NCBI GenBank assembly: GCA_947503885.1
Contig: CANNFD010000011.1
Coordinates: 9,310-73,309, forward strand
DNA from: an uncultured Olleya sp.
GTDB taxonomy: Bacteria > Bacteroidota > Bacteroidia > Flavobacteriales > Flavobacteriaceae
Direction: 5' to 3'
Length of the DNA stretch: 64,000 bases
The notes below the pieces were generated by a model. It was not told where the DNA came from. It saw nothing but the letters and a program-made list of their open reading frames with translations, and did no database searches. Below, one piece after another: positions 56,600 through 64,000 of the stretch (position 1 is the first letter of the stretch; every line of letters begins with the position of its first letter). The translations under genes and the position numbers were made by a program.

Positions 56600-57154
56600 T
56601 TATTTCCATTTAATATTACAACCCATACTTGGTTTTTGCACAGTCAATGGGCTTTGATTATTTAAAACAGCATCCATAGCTTGTATTAAATCTGTGCCTG
56701 TAACCGGTATGCCATTACTTGGTCTTGATTGATCAAGCTGCCCATGATAAGTCGATTTTAAATCTTTATCAAACACGTAAAAGTCTGGTGTACACGCCGC
56801 ATCATAAGCTTTTGCAACTTCTTGTGTAGCATCATATAAATACGGAAAAGGATATTGTAAATCTAAAGCCAGTTGTTTCATTTTATCTGGTCCATCCTGT
56901 GGATAGTTAACAATATCATTACTACTTATAGCTATAAAAGCAATCCCTTGTTTTTGATATTGATTAGCTATTTTTACTAATTGATCATTAATATGAATGA
57001 CGTAAGGACAGTGATTACATATAAATAAAATTACAGTTCCCTTCTTGCCTTTTAATTGTTGTAAACTAAATTCTTTATTTGTTACAGTATCTAACAAAGT
57101 AAATTCTGGAGCAGTTTTATATAACGGAAATGGATTAGAAGGTGTTAAAGCCAT
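56600..57154 (-). CDS. thioredoxin-fold (AhpC/TSA) family protein
   Basis: FICNHCPYV, AYDAACTPDFYVFD, GCNIKWK. Confidence 0.9.
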   Translation of the reverse strand: MALTPSNPFPLYKTAPEFTLLDTVTNKEFSLQQLKGKKGTVILFICNHCPYVIHINDQLVKIANQYQKQGIAFIAISSNDIVNYPQDGPDKMKQLALDLQYPFPYLYDATQEVAKAYDAACTPDFYVFDKDLKSTYHGQLDQSRPSNGIPVTGTDLIQAMDAVLNNQSPLTVQKPSMGCNIKWK

Positions 57155-57273
57155 AATTAAAATGTTAATTTTTTAAGATTAATTTAGTTTTTAGTTTGTT
57201 TTATCGGAAAAAAAATGCTTAATTGCTGATGCTTAATAGGCATCCCTTTAAATTAATAGATTAATAGCAACTA

Positions 57274-57711
57274 ATGAGATACTCCCTTATTCTCCTATTT
57301 GTACTGTGTATAAACGCATTGCAAGCACAAGAAAACATAGACCAAAGTACAACTTCTGAGGACTATTTACAAGTTACACGCTATAGACTTCAACCAAAAG
57401 AGTTAGGTATTGAAAACGAAATAGACACTGAAAAAGTCTATATTAAAATATATTATAATAAGTCGGCAAGCGTAAGTGACGATTATAAATTTTTTAAACC
57501 TAAGAAAAACGAAATTTTATTTTTTTACGGAATCAATCCAGAAAACAATAAAACAGAAATGTTTTTTAAAGCAGACGATACTTTAAAAACTATATATAAG
57601 AAACAAGATTTTAAACAACTAATGCAAGTTGTAAAAGTATTGGAATATAATGTCTTCTCTGAAGATGACTTTTCTAGTGCTGAAGCATATGCAGCTTTAG
57701 AACGTTTCTAA
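57274..57711 (+). CDS. hypothetical exported protein
   Basis: Signal peptide ending LQA; no recognisable domain. Confidence 0.65.
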   Translation: MRYSLILLFVLCINALQAQENIDQSTTSEDYLQVTRYRLQPKELGIENEIDTEKVYIKIYYNKSASVSDDYKFFKPKKNEILFFYGINPENNKTEMFFKADDTLKTIYKKQDFKQLMQVVKVLEYNVFSEDDFSSAEAYAALERF

Positions 57712-57732
57712 AAAAATATTGAAATATTAAAT

Positions 57733-57770
57733 AAAACAGCTGATTCTAAATTGAATCAGCTGTTTTTTTT
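57733..57770. terminator. bidirectional intrinsic terminator
   Basis: AAAACAGCTGATTC-TAAATT-GAATCAGCTGTTTTTTTT. Confidence 0.82.
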
Positions 57771-58455
57771 ATGGAGTAGAATTAGAGACTTGCAATAACT
57801 TTCCGTTATACAATTGGTGTCCCGTTAAGGCAAAATTAGCCATATAGTCAGCCATTTGTTTTGCAGAAGTTGATGCCTGATACCCAGGGAATGCCTCTTC
57901 TAACATTTCTGTTTGAACAGCGCCTAATGCTAATACATTAAATGACGGTCCGGTTTCTTTATATTCCTCAGCTAACAACTCTGTTAACGTAATCACAGCG
58001 CCTTTGCTAGAACTGTAAGCAGATAATCCAGGAAATTTCATACTACCTTGCACTCCACCCATAGAGCTAACGGTAACCACATGACCGTCTTTTGGCATAA
58101 ATGGAAGAGTTGTTTTTGTCATTTTAGCGACACCAAATACATTAGTTTTATAAACAGCTTCAAACTCTTGCATAGTGGTTTCTATAAAAGGCTTATTTAC
58201 TAAAGCACCCGCATTATTGATTAAAACATCAACATGCTTCCATTCTTTTTTAATAAAATCGATTACCTTATTATAATCGGTTTCCTTGGCTAAATCAAAT
58301 GCAAAAGCGGTAACATTATTAAGTTTTAATGCGTTTATTGGCTCTACATTTCTTGACAAAGCTAACACGTTATGACCTTGGCTAGCAAAAACAGTAACCA
58401 ACTCAAAACCTATACCTCTACTAGTCCCAGTTATAATTATATTTTTAGTTTTCAT
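57769..58455 (-). CDS. SDR family oxidoreductase
   Basis: TGTSRGIG, NNAG, YSSSK. Confidence 0.93.
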   Translation of the reverse strand: MKTKNIIITGTSRGIGFELVTVFASQGHNVLALSRNVEPINALKLNNVTAFAFDLAKETDYNKVIDFIKKEWKHVDVLINNAGALVNKPFIETTMQEFEAVYKTNVFGVAKMTKTTLPFMPKDGHVVTVSSMGGVQGSMKFPGLSAYSSSKGAVITLTELLAEEYKETGPSFNVLALGAVQTEMLEEAFPGYQASTSAKQMADYMANFALTGHQLYNGKLLQVSNSTP

Positions 58456-59407
58456 TTAAAGTAATTTCTTTTGTTGGTGTATTACTCATTTTTTCAATAC
58501 CTGGGATTATACTATTAATAAGCTCTACCATGTGATTGTAATCTAATTTATCTGCTTCGTCACCTACATGGTGGTAGTAGTCATAATTAGATAAATCGCA
58601 AGAAGAAATAGTATGACATGGTAAATTAAATGCTTTATAAAATGCGTAATTATCAGACTGTCTAAACAAGTTATATTTTTTTGCAACTTCAGAAGCTCCG
58701 ATAACTTTTTTACCAGAATATCCATTTAATTTTTCGGCAATATTAGATTTATCAAAACCTGTAACAAAAGCAATATAATCTCTATCTTTAAATGGTACAC
58801 CAATCATTTCTAGATTAATCATTGTATACATATTAAAATCTTCTTGCTTAAGACGTTTTGCTAAGTGATCTGACCCCAACAATCCTTTTTCTTCAGCAGA
58901 GAAAGTAACAAATAGCAAGCTTCTTTTGTTGGTTTTTTTAGCTCCAAAATATTTTGCTAAAGCTAATACACCACTTGTCCCAGCAGCATTATCGTTTGCA
59001 CCATTTGAAATAGAGTCGTTTTCTACTATCTTTTTAGAAATTCCAATATGATCATAATGTGCTCCAATTACAATAAACTCATCTTTTAGTGTAGCGTCAT
59101 TACCCTCTAAATAGCCTACTACGTTATAAGCATCTAAATCTCCTACTTTAAAATTATCACGATAAGTATTATAATAAGGCTTGATCCCAAAAGCTTTAAA
59201 TTTTGACTCAACATAATTTGCAGCTTCACCTATCCCTTCAGACCCTGTGTCACGTCCTTTTAAATCGTCTGAAGCTAAATAGGTTACCATTGCTTCAATC
59301 TCTTGAGAAGTCACTGTATAATCGGCTGGATTTAAAGTAGTTTCTACTTTAGTTTTACAAGCATTAACAAAGATTGCTAATGTTAATAGTAGTATTATTT
59401 TTTTCAT
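58445..59407 (-). CDS. M28 family peptidase lipoprotein
   Basis: MKKII...FVNAC lipobox (ATG 59407 preferred over 59449); GAHYDH, NGANDNAAG, FSAEEKGLLGS, YHHVGD. Confidence 0.88.
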   Translation of the reverse strand: MKKIILLLTLAIFVNACKTKVETTLNPADYTVTSQEIEAMVTYLASDDLKGRDTGSEGIGEAANYVESKFKAFGIKPYYNTYRDNFKVGDLDAYNVVGYLEGNDATLKDEFIVIGAHYDHIGISKKIVENDSISNGANDNAAGTSGVLALAKYFGAKKTNKRSLLFVTFSAEEKGLLGSDHLAKRLKQEDFNMYTMINLEMIGVPFKDRDYIAFVTGFDKSNIAEKLNGYSGKKVIGASEVAKKYNLFRQSDNYAFYKAFNLPCHTISSCDLSNYDYYHHVGDEADKLDYNHMVELINSIIPGIEKMSNTPTKEITLNEN

Positions 59408-59434
59408 AGTATTTGATTTGAGTTTAAAGATAAA

Positions 59435-59469
59435 AAAATCCCAAATCAATATAATTGATTTGGGATTTT
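59435..59469 (-). terminator. intrinsic terminator after pdhC
   Basis: AAAATCCCAAATCAAT-ATA-ATTGATTTGGGATTTT, A-run to its left gives the U-tract on minus. Confidence 0.8.
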
Positions 59470-59500
59470 ATATAGATTTATTTCCGCAAAAGCTAACTTA

Positions 59501-61123
59501 TTATACTAACATAGTCACAGGGTTTTCTATATATCCTTTTAATGTTTGAAGGAATTGTGCACCTGTAGCACCATCTACGGTTCTGTGGTCACAAGCTAAT
59601 GTTAACTTCATTGTATTACCTGGTACAATTTGACCATTTTTTACTACCGGTTTTTGCACTATTGCTCCAACTGAAAGTATTGCAGAGTTAGGTTGGTTGA
59701 TAATTGAAGTAAAACTTTCTATACCAAACATTCCTAGGTTAGAAATAGTAAACGTACTCCCTTCCATTTCGTCAAGAGATAATTTTTTATTTCTTGCTCT
59801 ACCTGCATAGTCTTTAACTGCTGCACCAATTTGTGTTAAAGATTGCTCGTTTGCAAACTTAACAACCGGCACTAATAAGCCATCGTCTACAGCTACTGCA
59901 ACCCCGATATGTACGTGATTGTTTAATCTCATTTTATCATCAAACCACTGCGAGTTAACTTGTGGGTGTTGACGTAATGCTAAAGCACAAGCTTTAACAA
60001 TCATATCGTTAAATGAAATTTTAGTATCTGGAATTGAGTTGTATTGTGCTCTAAACGCCATCGCATTGTCCATATCAAACTCTACATTTAAGTAGTAATG
60101 TGGAGCAGAAAACTTAGATTTAGCTAAGTTTTTAGCAATTGCTTTACGCATTTGCGAGTTTGGTTTCTCATCAAAATCCTCTTGACCTGAAGCTACAAAT
60201 TTAGCTACTGGTGCAGATGATTGTGCTGCTGCAGATGGTGTAAAGTTTTCGATATCGCGTTTTACGATACGTCCATTTTCTCCAGACCCTTGAACTTGTG
60301 ATAAGTTAATCCCTTTCTCTTCAGCCATTTTTTTAGCTAAAGGAGACACAAAGATACGACCAGATGCAGTGTTTAAATTCTGAGTTTGTGGCGCTGTTTC
60401 TTTTTTAGTTTCTTGTTTAGGAGCTTCTTTTTTATGATCTGCTTTTGGAGCTTCTTCTTTTTTAGATGAATCACTTCCAGCTGAACTAAAGTTTTTTGCA
60501 ATGTTAGAAACATCAGTCCCTTCTGGTCCGATAATCGCTAACAGCTCATCAACTTTTGCTGAATCGCCTTCTTTTAATCCAACATATAATAGATTACCAG
60601 ATTGGAACGATTCAAATTCCATAGTTGCTTTATCGGTTTCAATTTCGGCTAAAATATCACCCTCTTCTACTACATCTCCTACTTTTTTTAACCAAGTAGC
60701 AACTGTACCTTCTTCCATAGTATCACTTAATCTAGGCATTGTAACTACTGTTACGCCTTCTGGGATATCTATATCGTTTGATACTGAATCATTATTATTA
60801 GAAGTATCACCTTCGTTATCTTGAGTACTTTCCTCTTTAGAGGTCTCCTCTGAGCTTGCGTTTAATAAAGCTGATACATCTTCACCTTCTTCTCCAATAA
60901 TAGCTAATAATTGGTCTACTTTAGTCGTTTCTCCTTCTTGTACACCTATGTGAAGTAAAGTCCCTTCATAAAAAGACTCAAACTCCATAGTTGCTTTATC
61001 AGTTTCAATTTCGGCTAAAATATCACCTTCTTCAATTTTATCACCTACTTTTTTTAACCAAGTTGCGACAGTACCTTCTTCCATGGTGTCACTTAAACGT
61101 GGCATGTTTATAATTTCAGCCAT
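59501..61123 (-). CDS. pdhC: pyruvate dehydrogenase E2, dihydrolipoamide acetyltransferase (two lipoyl domains)
   Basis: 2 x EIETDKATMEFES, ASPLAKK-type E3-binding region, DHRTVDG. Confidence 0.96.
   Translation of the reverse strand: MAEIINMPRLSDTMEEGTVATWLKKVGDKIEEGDILAEIETDKATMEFESFYEGTLLHIGVQEGETTKVDQLLAIIGEEGEDVSALLNASSEETSKEESTQDNEGDTSNNNDSVSNDIDIPEGVTVVTMPRLSDTMEEGTVATWLKKVGDVVEEGDILAEIETDKATMEFESFQSGNLLYVGLKEGDSAKVDELLAIIGPEGTDVSNIAKNFSSAGSDSSKKEEAPKADHKKEAPKQETKKETAPQTQNLNTASGRIFVSPLAKKMAEEKGINLSQVQGSGENGRIVKRDIENFTPSAAAQSSAPVAKFVASGQEDFDEKPNSQMRKAIAKNLAKSKFSAPHYYLNVEFDMDNAMAFRAQYNSIPDTKISFNDMIVKACALALRQHPQVNSQWFDDKMRLNNHVHIGVAVAVDDGLLVPVVKFANEQSLTQIGAAVKDYAGRARNKKLSLDEMEGSTFTISNLGMFGIESFTSIINQPNSAILSVGAIVQKPVVKNGQIVPGNTMKLTLACDHRTVDGATGAQFLQTLKGYIENPVTMLV
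60612..61105 (-). repeat. duplicated lipoyl-domain coding sequence (about 128 nt, offset 366 nt)
   Basis: 60612-60739 vs 60978-61105 highly similar. Confidence 0.8.
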
Positions 61124-61126
61124 AGC

Positions 61127-62128
61127 TTATTTAATTTTATGGTCTATAAATGGATAATCTTCTTGATCATAAACAGAATCATACATAACGTTTTTATCTG
61201 GATATGGAGACTCTTCAGCAAATTTTTCACATTCTGCAACCAGTGCCTTAACACGCTTATCAATTACTTTGATATCATCTTCTGTTGCGTATTTTTTATC
61301 AAGAATAACTTGTTTAACCTGAGTAATAGGGTCTAATTTTTTGTATTCTTCTACTTCGTCTTTAGTTCTATAATGCTGTGCATCAGACATTGAGTGCCCT
61401 CTGTATCGGTAAGTTTTAACTTCTAAAAACGTTGGTCCATCCCCACGACGAGCACGCTTAATAGCTTCGTCAAAAGCTTCAGCTACTTTAATAGGGTTCA
61501 TCCCATCTACAGGTCCACAAGGCATTTCATAACCTAAACCTAGTTTCCAGATGTCTGTGTGGTTAGCTGTACGCTCAACAGAAGTCCCCATTGCGTAACC
61601 ATTGTTTTCGCAAACAAAAACAACTGGCAGTTTCCATAGCATTGCCATATTAAATGTCTCGTGTAATGATCCTTGACGTGCTGCACCATCACCAAAACAA
61701 CAAATGGTTACACCATCTACTCCATGATATTTATCACCAAAAGCAATACCAGCACCTAAAGGAATTTGACCTCCTACAATACCGTGTCCTCCGTAAAAAC
61801 GGTGCTCTTTAGAAAAAATGTGCATTGAACCACCTAACCCTTGAGAGGTACCAGTAGCTTTACCAAATAACTCTGCCATAACACGCTTAGGATCTACACC
61901 CATACCTATTGGTTGCACGTGGTTACGATACGCAGTAATCATTTTGTCTTTGGTTAAATCCATTGCATGTAAAGCTCCTGCTAATACAGCTTCTTGCCCG
62001 TTATACAGGTGAAGAAAACCTCTAACTTTTTGTTGAATATAGACAGCTGCTAGCTTGTCTTCAAACTTTCTCCAAAACAGCATGTCCTCATACCATTTTA
62101 TATACGTTTCTTTTGTTACTTTTTGCAT
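61127..62128 (-). CDS. pdhA: pyruvate dehydrogenase E1 alpha
   Basis: GFLHLYNGQEA, GDGAARQG TPP motif, YRGHSMSD; start MQKVTK at 62128, promoter TACTTTTG at 62159-62166. Confidence 0.96.
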   Translation of the reverse strand: MQKVTKETYIKWYEDMLFWRKFEDKLAAVYIQQKVRGFLHLYNGQEAVLAGALHAMDLTKDKMITAYRNHVQPIGMGVDPKRVMAELFGKATGTSQGLGGSMHIFSKEHRFYGGHGIVGGQIPLGAGIAFGDKYHGVDGVTICCFGDGAARQGSLHETFNMAMLWKLPVVFVCENNGYAMGTSVERTANHTDIWKLGLGYEMPCGPVDGMNPIKVAEAFDEAIKRARRGDGPTFLEVKTYRYRGHSMSDAQHYRTKDEVEEYKKLDPITQVKQVILDKKYATEDDIKVIDKRVKALVAECEKFAEESPYPDKNVMYDSVYDQEDYPFIDHKIK

Positions 62129-62226
62129 TGGTGACGTTTGTATTTTTTTAACGAATAACAAAAGTAACACTTTAGTTATTAACGAAAAAACTGAAAATAG
62201 TTATTTTTATTACTAAATCGTTATAG

Positions 62227-62709
62227 TTATAAAACTGATTTATCAAATATTAATGGTAATAGATTTGCTAAAGAATTTGATTGTACAACTTTACCAGTTT
62301 CTCCCATAAAAAACAACTCGATTGGTGCGTCTTGTTTTACCTCGTATTCTGCTATTGCTTGCCTACAAGCTCCACATGGAGGTATAGGGGTTAATGTAGG
62401 ATGTAGTTGAGATCCTGCAATTATAGCCATTTTTACAAATTTTGCTTTAGGATATTTTGCACCAGCATAATAAATAGCTGTGCGCTCTGCACATAAACCC
62501 GAAGGGTATGATGCATTTTCTTGATTACTACCAATAACAACTTCGTCGTTATCTAATAATAATGCTACTCCGACACTAAATTTTGAATACGGTGCATAGG
62601 CATTGTTTCTTGCTTCTGATGCTTTACTCATTAAAGCTTGAATATCTTCAGGTAACTCCTTGATGTTGTCAAAGACTTGTAAAGTGGTTTCGATTTTAAC
62701 TTCCTTCAT
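62227..62709 (-). CDS. cdd: cytidine deaminase
   Basis: AYAPYSKF.VG, NQENASYPSGLCAER, PCGACRQ. Confidence 0.95.
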   Translation of the reverse strand: MKEVKIETTLQVFDNIKELPEDIQALMSKASEARNNAYAPYSKFSVGVALLLDNDEVVIGSNQENASYPSGLCAERTAIYYAGAKYPKAKFVKMAIIAGSQLHPTLTPIPPCGACRQAIAEYEVKQDAPIELFFMGETGKVVQSNSLANLLPLIFDKSVL

Positions 62710-62739
62710 AATTTAAATATACGTAACTATTTTAGACAA

Positions 62740-62767
62740 AAAAACTATTGTTTTCACAATAGTTTTT
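62740..62767 (-). terminator. intrinsic terminator after porV
   Basis: AAAAACTATTG-loop-CAATAGTTTTT. Confidence 0.6.
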
Positions 62768-62787
62768 AAGTTATATATTATTTAGTT

Positions 62788-63987
62788 TTAATACTCATCA
62801 TAAGTACCAGCACCTAAGTTAAACGTTAAAGAGAAACGTAACGTACTTTCTAGTGGGCTTTGGACTTGAGACGCAGAGAATAAATATGATAAATCTACAT
62901 TTATTACATTGTATTTAAAACCTGCACCTAACGCAAAAAACTTTCTAGCTCCTTTTGTTTCGTGCTCATTAAAATATCCAGCTCTAAACGCAAATGAATC
63001 TTGATAAGTATATTCTGCTCCTAAAGCATAGGTAAACTCTTGTAACTCTTCTTTAAATCCTCCTGGCGCATCGCCAAAAGATTGAAATACCCCTGATAAA
63101 AATGGTACATCTGGATCCTGACCAGAAACAATATAAGTAGGCTCGTCTGCATCTTGTGTTCCGTCTTCATCGGTATCATCAAAACCTAAAAGCGGTGGTG
63201 TTGGTACTAGTAATTTAGAAAACTCTGCAGTTACCCCTACTTTATTATATTGGTCTAATATAAAATCGAATCCTGCCCCTAATCTTAGGTTAGTTGGCTG
63301 GAAGTTTTCTTGACCTGCTTCGTCATATTTAAATTTAGGTCCTAAGTTTTGGATTGCAAACCCTCCTCTCCAACGACCATTAAAGTCATTGTAAGCTTGT
63401 TCTTCACTTTGATAATAACCAGAAATATCAACTCCAAAAGTACTTGCTGCTTTTGTATCGTTATCTCCAATGTTTAATTTTAAATCTGATTGTAAATAGC
63501 GCATAGCGACAGACATCCCAAATTGATCACTTAGCCTTAATGCGTAAGACACATCAAAAGTAAACTCGTTTGGTCTTTGTACTAAAGCTTCAGAAAACTC
63601 ATCCTGAACAAATTCAATATCTCCTAAAGAGAAATATTTAAAACTTGCTGCAAAAGCACTATTATCGTTAAGTCTATTAAAATAGGTTACGTTTCCTAAA
63701 AAAATATCATTAACCAATTTGCTTAAGTATGGTGTATAACTAATTGCTACTCCAGACTTGGTTTCTGAGAACACATATTTAGACGAGTTCCATTGTTGTG
63801 AAAATGCATCTGGCGATGTTGCCACACCCATATCACCCATAGCTGCTGCTCTAGCATCTGGTGCAATTAACAAAAATGGCACTCCAGTAGTAATTACTCT
63901 TGTATCATTAGGGTTAGTAATTGTTGTTTGCGAAAATCCTTTTAGGGACAAAAAGAAAGCTAACGCTATTAAAATTTTATTTTTCAT
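62788..63987 (-). CDS. porV: type IX secretion system outer-membrane shuttle PorV
   Basis: ITTGVPFLLIAPDARAAAMGD, YTPYLSKLVNDI, PTNLRLG, TLRFSLTF. Confidence 0.93.
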   Translation of the reverse strand: MKNKILIALAFFLSLKGFSQTTITNPNDTRVITTGVPFLLIAPDARAAAMGDMGVATSPDAFSQQWNSSKYVFSETKSGVAISYTPYLSKLVNDIFLGNVTYFNRLNDNSAFAASFKYFSLGDIEFVQDEFSEALVQRPNEFTFDVSYALRLSDQFGMSVAMRYLQSDLKLNIGDNDTKAASTFGVDISGYYQSEEQAYNDFNGRWRGGFAIQNLGPKFKYDEAGQENFQPTNLRLGAGFDFILDQYNKVGVTAEFSKLLVPTPPLLGFDDTDEDGTQDADEPTYIVSGQDPDVPFLSGVFQSFGDAPGGFKEELQEFTYALGAEYTYQDSFAFRAGYFNEHETKGARKFFALGAGFKYNVINVDLSYLFSASQVQSPLESTLRFSLTFNLGAGTYDEY

Positions 63988-64000
63988 GAATCAATTTTAG

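Noticed and set aside
60612-61105. Direct repeat inside pdhC as a sign of mobile DNA
   Set aside because: Explained by the normal tandem lipoyl domains of E2
59501-62128. Missing pdhB as evidence of gene loss
   Set aside because: In Bacteroidota E1-beta is commonly encoded elsewhere, so absence from this window is uninformative
59408-62170. Track N-terminal extensions of the M28 peptidase (59449) and pdhA (62170)
   Set aside because: They run through a terminator and a -7 promoter respectively; the downstream ATGs (59407, 62128) give normal N-termini
1-64000. tRNA/rRNA genes, transposases, integrases, prophage genes
   Set aside because: None recognised by eye on either strand; tRNAscan-SE and HMM searches would be needed to exclude them formally

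Overview
64 kb of an AT-rich Flavobacteriaceae (Bacteroidota) chromosome, judged from porV, T9SS cargo, TAnnTTTG promoters and conserved gene order. Most of it is housekeeping: trpF(3')-trpB-trpA, trmL, a DEAD-box helicase operon, rluD/ddl/coaD, pyrE/birA/rsfS/ftsH/cdsA/psd, mlaEF, argS, pdhA/pdhC, cdd and porV. I saw no tRNA, rRNA, CRISPR array, transposase or integrase. The most unusual region is the ~4 kb between a TonB-dependent receptor and argS (47271-51300). It is built from repeated non-coding modules: three copies of the argS terminator/3' region, four copies of a ~100-bp promoter-like element, and small orphan genes. One two-gene unit (50341-51216) has the layout of an integron cassette: a long imperfect hairpin whose bottom strand folds better and has an extrahelical G, plus a cassette start (TTGGCAATA) complementary to the left end of that hairpin. 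Other highlights: a 1041-aa T9SS repeat protein whose signal peptide is out of frame by one base in an A9 run; an exact GTAGGGTAA-N11-GTTGTCTTA motif three times around an ECF-FecR-TBDR locus; a RimK/GCS2/N-formylglutamate amidohydrolase cluster; a Flavo-1-like structured element; and two small genes missed by the ORF track. All of this was read by eye. No database searches were run.
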